Part shown: positions 41,696 through 53,600 of the stretch, piece after piece
Layout of the letters: the number at the start of each line of letters is the position of its first letter
Numbering within the stretch: the stretch's first letter is position 1
Program-made: the position numbers and the translations under genes
Notes under the pieces: generated by a model
What the model saw: only the letters and a program-made list of their open reading frames with translations
What the model was told of the DNA's origin: nothing
Databases searched by the model: none
Assembly: GCA_965240325.2 (NCBI GenBank)
Contig: OZ251222.1
Coordinates: forward strand, 3,534,001-3,598,000
Source of the DNA: Rebecca billardiae RCC1528
Taxonomy: Eukaryota > Protista > Haptophyta
Length of the DNA stretch: 64,000 bases
Direction: 5' to 3'

Positions 41696-44600
41696 TCACA
41701 CCGGCAGCGTGCTCGGTGACATCGCGGTGACCGATCCGCTGGCACCAGCAGTCGTCGGACCACTTGCCGGCATCGCGCGAGTCGGCAGCGAGCGGCCATG
41801 ATCTGACGAGTTTGTCGTTGTGCCCTCGCGCACCAGGCGCGGCGCAGAGCTCGAGCGCCGGGCAGTCCGCGGCCGCGGGGCGGCCGCGGCGGCGAGGAAG
41901 TTGGACACGCTTTGGCTGCGGCTGGAGCTGGAGAGCCCGCGGCTGAGGCCGCTGCCCAGCGCGCGGCTGGCCTGAGGCGGGCCGCTCGGGCGCCGCTCAG
42001 AGTGCGAGGTGGCGCGGGCGGCTGTGCTCTGCCCGGCGGTCACCGGCAGCTCGGGCTCCGAGGAAGGCAAGAGGCCGAGCGCGCTCAGGTTAGCGCCAAT
42101 CGACAACTTGATCGAGGTGAGGATGCTCGTCCCGTTCTGCGGCGCGCGCATCGCGTTCAGCTCCTCGCGTGCCAGCCTGGCGCGCACGGCCGACTGGATG
42201 CGCACGGCCGCCTGCTGCTGCCGCTGGATCTGCGCACGTGGCGCGCGCAGAGGCGGCGGGTGCGAGGGCGCGCGGTGGAAGAGGGCGCGAGAGGGCGGAT
42301 GGGGATGGGCCGGTGAGCATGCTGCTGGGCATATGGTGACGCGCCCGGCTGCTCTTGACCCCGAGCGGTCGGCACGGTGCTCGCCGGGCGCACGCAGCGC
42401 GTCAGCTGCAGGCCCGGGGCCGCACGCACCTCCAAGAATGCCTTCCGGCGGCGGCGGAGGACGATGAACGCCAGCGTGCAGCTGCCCACGAAGCACACGA
42501 TGCTCGCTACCAAGCCGAGGATCGTCTGCGCGCGCGCGGCGGAGGGCACGGCGGCGGAGGGGTCACGCGTGTGGTGCGGCGGGGCGTGAGCACGGGCCCT
42601 TGCGCGAGCCTCTCTCGCACGCGCGCACGGCTGCGCGGCGCGTGCGCGCGCGCGCGCATGCGCGCACCGGCAGCACGGCTTCGATCTGTGGGCTCTGCTG
42701 CCCTGCCGTGCTCGCCTGCTCCGCTGGCGGTGGAGCGCCAGGCGGCGGCGGGGCTGGCGTGGCCGCGTCAGCGCCCGGCGGTGGCGCGCTCCGAGGCGGA
42801 GGCGAGGGCGTCGGCTGCGGCGAGGGCTCAGGAGGCGGCGAGCGCGGCGGCTGAAGCGGCGGCGGCTTCGGCGAGGGCGGCGGCTTCGGCGAGGGCGGTG
42901 GCGGCGGCGGCTGCGCCGGGCTGGGCGGTGGGTTCGGCGGCGAGCTCGGCGGCGGCGGCGGCGAGTGGAACTGGCACGAGAGGTCGTCGAACGTCGCGAG
43001 CGGGTCGTAGTTGATTGCGGCCGAGTCGCGGCAGCCGCCGCGCGTGCACGCGCCCGTGTCCACCGTGGCGAGCGAGTCGTAGTTGTCAGCGTTCGAGTCG
43101 GTGCAGCCGGGCACGGGGTACACGCAGCTGTCGGGTGTCGTCGCCGTCGAGTCGTAGTTCTCCGCGCTCGAGTCGGTACAGCCGAGGTACTGGCAGCCGC
43201 CGTTGTCCACCTCCGCGCTCGATCGGAAGTTGACCGCGTTCGGGTCGGTACAGCCGGCGATAGGGAACGTGCACGTGCCGTCGGGCTGGTTGGCGGTGGA
43301 GTCGTAGTTGGCCGCAGCCGGGTTGGTGCAGCCGAGGTAGACGCACGCCGCCTCGTCGAGGAGCGTCGCGCTCGAGTCGTAGTTGTCCGCCGCCTCGAGC
43401 GTGCAGCCGAGCACCTCGGGCACGCAGCTGCCGTCGTCGGCCGTCGCCGTCGAGTCGAAGTTGCGCGCGCGGCTGTCTGCGCAGCCGGGCACGACGCAGC
43501 TGCCGTCGTCCGTGTCGGCGGTGGAGTCGTAGTTGTCCCCGGCCGGGTCGGTGCAGCCGCGCACGGGGCACACGCAGCTGCCGTCGTCGACGGTCGCGCT
43601 CGGGTCGAAGCCGGCGCACGCCGAGTTGGTGCAGCCCGCAAAGACGCAGCTGCCGTCGTCGCGCGTCGCGCCCGCGTCGAAGTTCTCCGCGCGAGAGTCG
43701 GCGCAGCCCGCGACGGGGAGGACGCACGTGCCGTCGCTCGCCGAGGCGGTCGAGTCGTAGTTGAGCGCGGCCGGGTCTGTGCACCCAAAGTACACGCACT
43801 CGCCGCTGTCGACGTCCGCGCCGGGATCGTAGTTGGACGCGGCCGGGTCGAGGCAGCCGACCGTCGCGACGTTCACGCAGTCGTTCGAGTCGACGGTGGC
43901 GATGGACTTGTAGTTCTCGGCGAGCGGGTTGAGGCAGCCGGTGATCACGCACGAGCCGTCGTCAGCGTCCGCCGCCGAGTCGTAGTTGTCCGCGACCGAG
44001 TCCGTGCAGCCCTCGACCGGCAGCACGCACGAGCCCGCGGCGTCAACGTCGGCGGTCGAGTCGTAGTTGGTCGCGGCCGGGTTGGTGCAGCCCGAGTAGA
44101 GGCACGAGCCGTCGTCCGCGTCGGCGGAGGCGACGAAGTTGACGGCGGCGGCGTCGGTGCAGCCGGGCTTGGGGTACACGCAGCTGCCGTCGTTCTGCGT
44201 CGCCGTCGGGTCGTAGTTCTTCGCGCTGCTGAGCGTGCAGCCGGCGAACGCGCAGCTGCCGTCGTCGACGGTCGCGAACGCCTCGTAGTTGAGCGCGGCC
44301 GAGAAGGGGCAGCCGCGCAGCACGCCCGCGCACGAGTTGTCGTCAAGCGTGGCGCGCGAGTCGTAGTTGGCGGCGTTGGGCTCGGTGCAGCCGGGGCGCA
44401 CGCAGCTGCCGTCCTCGTCCGTCGCCGCCGCGTCGAAGTTCGTCGCCGCCGAGTCGGTGCAGCCCGGGACGGAGAAGGCGCACGAGCCGTCGTTGGTCGT
44501 CGCCTCCGACCAGTAGTTGGCAGCGGCCGTGTTCGTGCAGCCGGGGAGGGCGCACGAGCCGTCGTCCGCCTCGGCGAGCGCGTTGTAGTTGGTCGCGCGC

Positions 44601-47600
44601 GAGTCGGTGCAGCCGCGTACCGGGTACGTGCACGAGCCGTCGTCCGTGTTCGCGGCCGAGTCGAAGTTGGCCGCGGCCGGGTCGATGCAGCCGCGCGCCG
44701 CGTACGCGCACGCGCCGCTCGGCACGGTCGCGAGCGCGTCGAAGTTGGTCGCGGACGAGTCGGTGCAGCCGACGACGTCGTAGCGACAGACCGCGTCGCC
44801 CTGCGCGGTGGCGGCAGAGTTGTAGTTCGACGCGCCCTCGTCCAGGCAGCCGAAGACCGTGAGCACGCACGACCCGTCGTTCACGGTCGCGCGCGCGTCG
44901 AAGTTGGTCGCGCTCGGCTCGGTGCAGCCGGCGTACTCGCACGAGTCGTCGTCGAGCGTCGCGGCGGTGTCGAAGGTGATCGCATCCGGGTCGGTGCAGC
45001 CGGGCAGCGGGCAGCTCGACGCGCCGTACGTCCGGACCAGCGGGCTGTCGTCGCACGACGCCTGCAGCGCGCGCGAGCCCTGGCGCGGGCGCGCGAAGAG
45101 GCGCCGAGAGCGGCGAGCGTCCGGCTGCGCCCACGCGTCGATGACCGCGGCCGATCGCGCGCCGAGCGTGTCGGCCGCGGCGGCGAGCTCCGCGTCGGTC
45201 GGCGCGGAGGAGGCGAGCCCGAGCGCCTCGCGCACGTTGGCCAGCGCCTGCTGCGCGCCCGCCGCCGTGCCCATCGGCGTGACGATCTCGCCCGCCGCCG
45301 CCCCGCACGCGCGGTCGAGCTCGGCGAGCGCGGCCGTCTCGATGTCGGCCGAGGGCGCGCGCGCGGTGAAGAGCTGCACGGCCGCGCCGAGCAGCTCGCC
45401 GATCAGCGCCGAGGCGCGGATCACGTGGAGCGCGCGCGCGTCGTCGGCGAGGAGCTGCTTGATCGGCCGGTACTCCGTGAGCTCCACCTCGGCCGCGAAG
45501 TCGAAGCAGCGGCTGAGCTCGGCGTGCGCGCCGCTGGAAGTCGGCGCGGGCGGCGCCGCGCGCTCGAGCACGTGCACGAGCAGCGTGGTGAGGGGCGAGA
45601 CGGTGGCCGAGGTGATGGGCGCGCGGAGGGCGTAGAGGAGCGCGGTGCCGTCGAGCGTGTCGCGGCACTGCTCCGACGCGTCGACGCGCAGCGTTGCGTC
45701 GAGCTGCGAGTACGCCAGCTCGAACGCGCCGTTCGTGCCCGTCACGGCCTCGCCGACCTGCGCGCCGGCCGCGCCGCCGATCGCCTTGACGACGCACTGC
45801 CGGCGCTGCGCGACCACCTGCACGACGCCCTTGGCGTACGCGAACTCGCACGAGCCGTCGTTGAAGTCGGCGGTCGGGTCGTAGTTGAGCGCGGTTGAGA
45901 CCGTGCAGCCCTGGAACTGGCAGTCGGCCGGCAGCGTCGCGTCGGACACGTAGTTGACCGCGTTCGAGTCGACGCAGCCGATCAGGTGCGCGACGCACGA
46001 GCCGTCGTCCAGCGTCGCGTCCACGTCGTAGTTGCGCGCGCTCACGTCGGTGCAGCCGGGGACGACGCAGCTAGGCGACTCGAACTCGGCGTTCGCGTCG
46101 GAGTTGTAGTTGGTCGCGCGCGAGTCGGTGCAGCCGAACACCTTCGCCACGCACGAGCCGTCGTCCACGTTCGCGAGCGAGTCGTAGTTGAGCGCCGTGC
46201 GCGACGTGCAGCCGAGCACGGCGGCGATGCAGCCGCCGTTGTCCCGCGTCGCGTCCGAGCGGAAGTTGAGCGCGGTCGGGTCGGTGCAGCCGAGCACGGG
46301 GAAGACGCAGCCGCCGTTGTCAACCGTCGCGGTCGAGTCGAAGTTGAGCGCGCCCGTCGCGAGGCAGCCGGGGTGCGGCAGGATGCACGAGCCGTCGTCC
46401 ACCGTCGCAGCGGAGAGGAAGTTGAGCGCGGCGGGTGCGGTGCAGCCGTCGACCTCGAAGACGCAGCTGCCATCGTCCAAGGTGGCGCTCGGGACGAAGT
46501 TGGTGGCGCGGGAGGCCATGCAGCCGGGCACAGAGAGCACGCAGCTGCCGTCGTCCACGTTGGCGTCCGAGCGGAAGTTAAGCGCGGCCGAGTCGGCGCA
46601 GCCCGCGATCGCCGCCACGCACGCGCCCTCGCGCAGCGTGTTGGCGAGCGGGTCGTAGTTGAGCGCGCTCGGGTCGGTGCAGCCCTCGACGACGAAGACG
46701 CACGCGTCGGGCACGGCGTCGACGTTGGCGCGCGAGTTGTAGTTGAGCGCCGCGCTCGCGCGGCAGCCGGGGCGCGGCAGCTCGCACGGCGTGGACTCGA
46801 GCTGCACGGTCGCCTCCGAGTCGAAGTTGAGCGCGTCCGGGTTGCGGCAGCCCGGCGCGTACGGCACGCACGCGCTCGGCGCGCTCTCGATCTCGAGCGC
46901 GGAGGAGTCGTAGTTGAGGCTGCCAGGCACGTTGCACTTGAGCTGCGCGAAGCTGCAGCTCCCGTCGTACACGGTGGCGCTCGGGTCGTAGTTGGTCGCG
47001 GAGGGCGCGGTGCAGCCGGGCACGGCGTACGTGCAGCCGCCGCTGTCCTGCGTCGCGTCCGCGCGGAAGTTGGACGCGGCCGAGTCGGTGCAGCCGAGCA
47101 CGGGGTACACGCAGCTGCCGTCGTTGGCCGTCGCGTCCGGGTCGTAGTTGGTCGCGCTCGGCGCGTTGCACCCGCTGATCACGCACGTGCCGCTCGACAC
47201 CGTCGCGAGCGGGTCGTAGTTGGACGCGCGCGTGTCCGTGCAGCCGGCGCGCGGGAAGACGCACGCGCCCGCGAGCAGCCGGTTGGCCGTCGGGTCGTAG
47301 TTGGTCGCGGCGGTGCTCGTGCAGCCGTAGAACTCGCAGCTGCCGTCGTCGAGCGTCGCGCCCGAGGCGTAGTTGGCCGCATCCGCGTCCGTGCACCCGC
47401 GGCAGCTCGTCAGGTCGCAACCGCTGAAGACGGTGGCGCTCGGGTTGTAGTCGCACGCGGCGCTCAGCGTGCAGCCGGGCACGTCAAACACGCAGCTGCC
47501 GTCGTCCGTGTCCGCGCCCGAGTCGAAGTTGGCCGCGTCCGGGTCGACGCAGCCGAGCGTGTACGGCGCGCACCCGCCGAACGCGTTGGCGAGCGAGTGG

Positions 47601-50600
47601 TAGTCTGGCGCCCACGAGTCCGTGCAGCCCATGACCACGTACTGGCAGACGATGTCGCCCGGCGACGTCGCGTCCGAGCGGTAGTTGGACGCAGCCGGGT
47701 CGGTGCAGCCGAACACGGGGTACGCGCAGCAGCCCGGCTCGGCGGCAGAGCAGCCGTACGCGAGCGAGTCGTAGTTCACCGCGATCGGGTCGATGCATCC
47801 GACGCGGGGCGGCGGGGACGAGGGCGGCGGCGGCGACGGCGGCGGCGACGGCGGCGGCGACGGCGGCGGGCTCGGCGGCCCGGCCGGCGGCGCGGCCGGC
47901 GGCGGAGGCTGACGAGGCGCGGACGTGGGCGGCGGCGAGGGCGGCGAGGGCGGCGGATGGGCGGGCGGCGGGCTCGGCGGTGGCGACGGCGGCGGCGGCG
48001 GCGGGCTCGGCGGCGGAGACGGCGGCTGCGACGGCGGCGGGCTCGGCGGTGGCGACGGCGGCGGCGGCGGCGGGCTCGGCGGCGGAGATGGCGGCTGCGA
48101 CGGCGGCGGGCTCGGCGGTGGCGAGGGTGGTGGCAGTGGCGGCGGGCTCGGCGGTGGTGACGGTGGAGCCGATGGCGGCGGCGATGGCGGCGGGCTGGGC
48201 GGAGGCGGCGGTGGCGGGCTGGGTGGCGGCGATGGCGGCGGGCTCGGCGGTGGTGGCGGCGGAGGGCTCGGCGGCGGCGGGCTCGGCGGTGGGCTCGGCG
48301 GCGGCGAGGGCGGTGGCGAGGGCGGTGGCGGTGGCGGCAAGCTCGGCGGCACCGACGGCGGCGGGCTCGGCGGCGGTGGCGGCGGTGGGCTCGGCGGCGG
48401 CGGGCTCGGCGGAGGGCTCGGCGGTGGCGAGGGTGGTGGCGATGGCGGCGGGCTCGGCGGCGGGCTCGGCGGCGGAGGGCTCGGCGGCGGCGGGCTCGGC
48501 GGCGGGCTCGGCGGCGGCGAGGGTGGTGGCAATGGCGGCGGGCTCGGCGGTGGTGACGGTGGAGCCGATGGCGGCGGCGATGGCGGCGGGCTGGGCGGAG
48601 GCGGCGGTGGCGGGCTGGGCGGCGGCGAGGGCGGCGGGCTCGGCGGCGGAGACGGCGGTGGAGGGCTCGGCGGCGGCGGGCTCGGCGGCGGGCTCGGCGG
48701 CGGCGAGGGTGGTGGCAATGGCGGCGGGCTCGGCGGTGGTGACGGTGGAGCCGATGGCGGGGGCGATGGCGGCGGGCTGGGCGGAGGCGGCGGTGGCAAG
48801 CTGGGTGGCGGCGATGGCGGCGGGCTCGGCGGCGGGCTCGGCGGCGGAGGGCTCGGCGGCGGCGGGCTCGGCGGAGGGCTCGGCGGCGGCGAGGGTGGTG
48901 GCAATGGCGGCGGGCTCGGCGGTGGTGACGGTGGAGCCGATGGCGGCGGCGATGGGGGCGGGCTGGGCGGAGGTGGCGGTGGCGGGCTGGGTGGCGGCGA
49001 GGGCGGCGGGCTCGGCGGCGGAGACGGCGGTGGAGGGCTCGGCGGCGGCGGGCTCGGCGGCGGGCTCGGCGGCGGCGAGGGTGGTGGCAGTGGCGGCGGG
49101 CTCGGCGGTGGTGACGGTGGAGCCGATGGCGGCGGCGATGGGGGCGGGCTGGGCGGAGGCGGCGGTGGCGGGCTGGGTGGCGGCGAGGGCGGCGGGCTCG
49201 GCGGCGGGCTCGGCGGCGGCGAAGGTGGTGGCAGTGGCGGCGGGCTTGGCGGTGGTGACGGTGGAGCCGATGGCGGCGGGCTCGGCGGTGGCGATGGCGG
49301 CGGCGGCGGCGGGCTCGGCGGCGGAGGGCTTGGCGGCGGCGGGCTCGGCGGCGGGCTCGGCGGCGGCGAGGGTGGTGGCAATGGCGGCGGGCTCGGCGGT
49401 GGTGACGGTGGAGCCGATGGCGGCGGCGATGGCGGCGGGCTGGGCGGAGGCGGCGGTGGTGGGCTGGGTGGCGGCGAGGGCGGCGGAAGCGGTGGCGGGC
49501 TCGGCGGCGGAGGGCTCGGCGGCGGCGGGCTTGGCGGCGGGCTCGGCGGCGGCGAGGGTGGTGGCAGTGGCGGCGGGCTCGGCGGTGGTGACGGTGGAGC
49601 CGATGGCGGCGGGCTCGGCGGTGGCGACGGCGGCGGCGGCGGCGGGCTCGGCGGCGGAGGGCTCGGCGGCGGCGGGCTCGGCGGCGGGCTCGGCGGCGGC
49701 GAGGGTGGTGGCAGTGGCGGCGGGCTCGGCGGTGGTGACGGTGGAGCCGATGGCGGCGGGCTCGGCGGTGGCGACGGCGGCGGCGGCGGCGGGCTCGGCG
49801 GCGGAGATGGCGGCTGCGACGGCGGCGGGCTCGGCGGTGGCGACGGCGGCGGCGGCGGCGGGCTCGGCGGCGGAGACGGCGGCTGCGACGGCGGCGGGCT
49901 CGGCGGTGGCGACGGCGGCGGCGGCGGCGGGCTTGGCGGCGGAGATGGCGGCTGCGATGGCGGCGGGCTCGGCGGTGGCGACGGAGGCGGCGGCGGCGGG
50001 CTTGGAGGCGGAGATGGCGGCGGCGAGCTGGGCGGCGGCGACGGCGGCGGCGGCGGCGGTGAGCTCGGTGGCGGCGACGGTGGCGGCGGCGGCGGCGAGC
50101 TCGGTGGCGGGCTCGGCGGTGGCGGCGGCGGCGAGCTCGGTGGCGGGCTCGGCGGCGGCGGCGGCGGCGAGCTGGGCGGCGGCGACGGCGGCGGCGGCGG
50201 CGGCGAGCTGGGCGGCGGGCTTGGCGGAGGCGGCGGCGGCGAGCTCGGTGGCGGGCTCGGAGGCGGCGGCGGCGGCGAGCTCGGTGGCGGGCTCGGCGGC
50301 GGCGGCGGCGGCGAGCTGGGCGGCGGCGACGGCGGCGGCGGCGGCGGTGAGCTCGGTGGCGGCGACGGTGGCGGCGGCGGCGGCGAGCTCGGTGGCGGGC
50401 TCGGCGGTGGCGGCGGCGGCGAGCTCGGTGGCGGGCTCGGCGGCGGCGGCGGCGGCGAGCTGGGCGGCGGCGACGGCGGCGGCGGCGGCGGCGAGCTGGG
50501 CGGCGGGCTCGGAGGCGGGGGCGGCGGCGAGCTCGGTGGCGGGCTCGGTGGCGGCGGCGGCGGCGAGCTGGGCGGCGGCGACGGCGGCGGCGGCGGCGGC

Positions 50601-53600
50601 GAGCTGGGCGGTGGGCTTGGCGGAGGCGGCGGCGGCGAGCTTGGTGGCGGGCTCGGCGGCGGCGGCGGCGGCGAGCTTGGTGGCGGGCTCGGTGGCGGCG
50701 GCGGCGGCGAGCTGGGCGGTGGGCTCGGCGGTGGCGGCGGCGGCGAGCTCGGTGGCGGGCTCGGCGGCGGCGGCGGCGGCGAGCTGGGCGGCGGCGACGG
50801 CGGCGGCGGCGGCGGCGAGCTGGGCGGCGGGCTTGGCGGAGGTGGCGGCGGCGAGCTTGGTGGCGGACTTGGCGGTGGCGGCGGCGGCGAGCTCGGTGGC
50901 GGGCTCGGCGGCGGCGGCGGCGGCGAGCTCGGTGGCGGGCTCGGAGGCGGCGGCGGCGGCGAGCTCGGTGGCGGGCTCGGCGGCGGCGGCGGCGGCGAGC
51001 TGGGCGGCGGCGACGGCGGCGGCGGCGGCGGCGAGCTGGGCGGTGGGCTTGGCGGAGGCGGCGGCGGCGGTGAGCTCGGTGGCGGCGATGGCGGCTGCGA
51101 CGGCGGCGGGCTCGGCGGTGGCGAAGGTGGAGCCGATGGCGGCGGCGATGGCGGCGGGCTGGGCGGAGGCGGCGGTGGCGGGCTGGGTGGCGGCGAGGGC
51201 GGCGGAAGCGGGGGCGGCGACGGCACGGCCGACGGCGGTGGCGACGGCGGCGGTGAGGGCGGCGGGCTGGGCGGCGGCAGCGGCGAGGGCGGCGGGCTGG
51301 GTGGCGGGCTCGGCGGCGGGCTCGGCAGCGGGCTCGGCGGCGGGCTCGGCGGCGGCGCGGGCGGCGGGCTCGGCGGCGGCGCGGGCGGCGTGGGCGGCGA
51401 GTAAGGACTGCTGCGCGGCGGCGGCGGCGGGCTCGGCGGCGGGCTCGGCGGCGGGCTCGGCGGCGGGCTCGGCGGCGGGCTCGGCGGAGGCGGCGGTGGC
51501 GGGCTGGGCGGCGGCGAGGGCGGTGGAAGCGGTGGCGGCGACGGCACGGCCGACGGCGGCGGGCTGGGCGGCGGCGACGGCGGCGGGCTGGGCAGCGGCG
51601 AGGGTGGCGGGCTTGGCGGTGGTGACGGTGGAGCCGATGGCGGCGGCGACGGCGGCGGGCTCGGCGGCGGCGATGGCGGCGGCGGCGGCGGGCTCGGCGG
51701 CGGAGATGGCGGCTGCGACGGCGGCGGGCTCGGCGGTGGCGACGGCGGAGCCGATGGCGGCGGCGATGGCGGCGGGCTGGGCGGAGGCGGCGGTGGCGGG
51801 CTGGGTGGCGGCAAGGGCGGCGGAAGCGGGGGCGGCGACGGCACGGCCGACGGCGGTGGCGACGGCGGCGGTGAGGGCGGCGGGCTGGGCGGCGGCAGCG
51901 GCGAGGGCGGCGGGCTGGGTGGCGGGCTCGGCGGCGGGCTCGGCAGCGGGCTCGGCGGCGGGCTCGGCGGCGGCGCGGGCGGCGGGCTCGGCGGCGGCGC
52001 GGGCGGCGTGGGCGGCGAGTAAGGACTGCTGCGCGGCGGCGGCGGCGGGCTCGGCGGCGGGCTCGGCGGCGGGCTCGGCGGCGGGCTCGGCGGCGGGCTC
52101 GGCGGAGGCGGCGGTGGCGGGCTGGGCGGCGGCGAGGGCGGCGGAAGCGGTGGCGGCGACGGCACGGCCGACGGCGGCGGGCTGGGCGGCGGCGACGGCG
52201 GCGGGCTGGGCAGCGGCGAGGGCGGCGGGCTTGGCGGTGGTGACGGTGGAGCCGATGGCGGCGGCGACGGCGGCGGGCTCGGCGGCGGCGATGGCGGCGG
52301 CGGCGGCGGGCTCGGCGGCGGAGATGGCGGCTGCGACGGCGGCGGGCTCGGCGGTGGCGACGGTGGAGCCGATGGCGGCGGCGATGGCGGCGGGCTGGGC
52401 GGAGGCGGCGGTGGCGGGCTGGGTGGCGGCGAGGGCGGCGGAAGCGGGGGCGGCGACGGCACGGCCGACGGCGGTGGCGACGGCGGCGGTGAGGGCGGCG
52501 GGCTGGGCGGCGGCAGCGGCGGCGGCGGCGGCGGGCTGGGTGGTGGGCTTGGTGGCGGGCTGGGTGGCGGCGCAGGCGCGTCGGCGCCGAGCTCGACGGT
52601 CGCGCTGACGAGCGGCACGAACGCGAAGCCCGACGCGTCGTACGGCGACGCGCTCGAGCCGAGGAACGGGAAGTTGCGGTCGGTCTCCGTGCCGCCGAGC
52701 GCGTCGGTCGTCTCCACCATGAACGCGACGCGCACCGCGCCGGGCTCGGGCCAGCGGCCGTCGGCCGTGTCTGGGCGGAAGGCGGCGGTGAAGGTGCCGT
52801 CGCCGGCGTGCGCGGCGGTGAGCACCCAGTTGCCCTCACCCGAGTCCGAGCCCGCGCTGCCGCTTGACACCACCACCTCGTACGCGCCGCCGCCGTACTC
52901 CACCTCCGCGCGCACGGCCGTCTTGTCCGCGCTCGCGGGCGCAGAGGCGTCGTCGACCACCGCCACGGCGAGCACGAGGTCGGTGGAGGGCGCGGCGCCG
53001 CCGAGGGGCGAGGGGAGCAGCGTGTAGTTGGCGATGAAGCGGCGCTTGCCCGCCACCGCGAGCTGCAGGTACGCCGCGTCGTTCGTCGTCACCGATCCGT
53101 CCAGCGTCGGGTCGAGCTGCGAGCGCCGCCACTCGCAGAAGCTACTCACGTCATACTCAGCCGAGCCGAGCACGACCAGCGCCGCGACGCGGATGTCGAA
53201 CGAGGTGAAGGCGCAGTCGCCCGAGACGTCGCCGTACACGCGCTCGGTGCACGGGTCGCACGCCTGGAGACGCCGCGCCGCGCGCGCCGCCGCGCGCGCG
53301 CCGGTCGCGCGCCGCGCCGCGGCGAGCGCGGCGCGCGCGCCGAGCAGCGCGTCCGCGGCCGCGGGCGGCTGCGCGCCGAGCCGCGCCGACGGCTCGTCGG
53401 CGAGCGCGCGCCGCGCGGCCGACACGCTCGCGACGCCGGCGCCGGCAAAGATGTCGGCGTTCTGCGTGCGCGTGGTCACGCCCGAGCCGTCCTGCGTGAC
53501 GAGCTCGACGATCGTGCCGGTGAACGCCGCCGAGCCCGTGCCGAGCACGTCGAAGGTGATGGTGCCGATCTGCAGGTACGCGCCCGCGTCGGTCGAGGCG

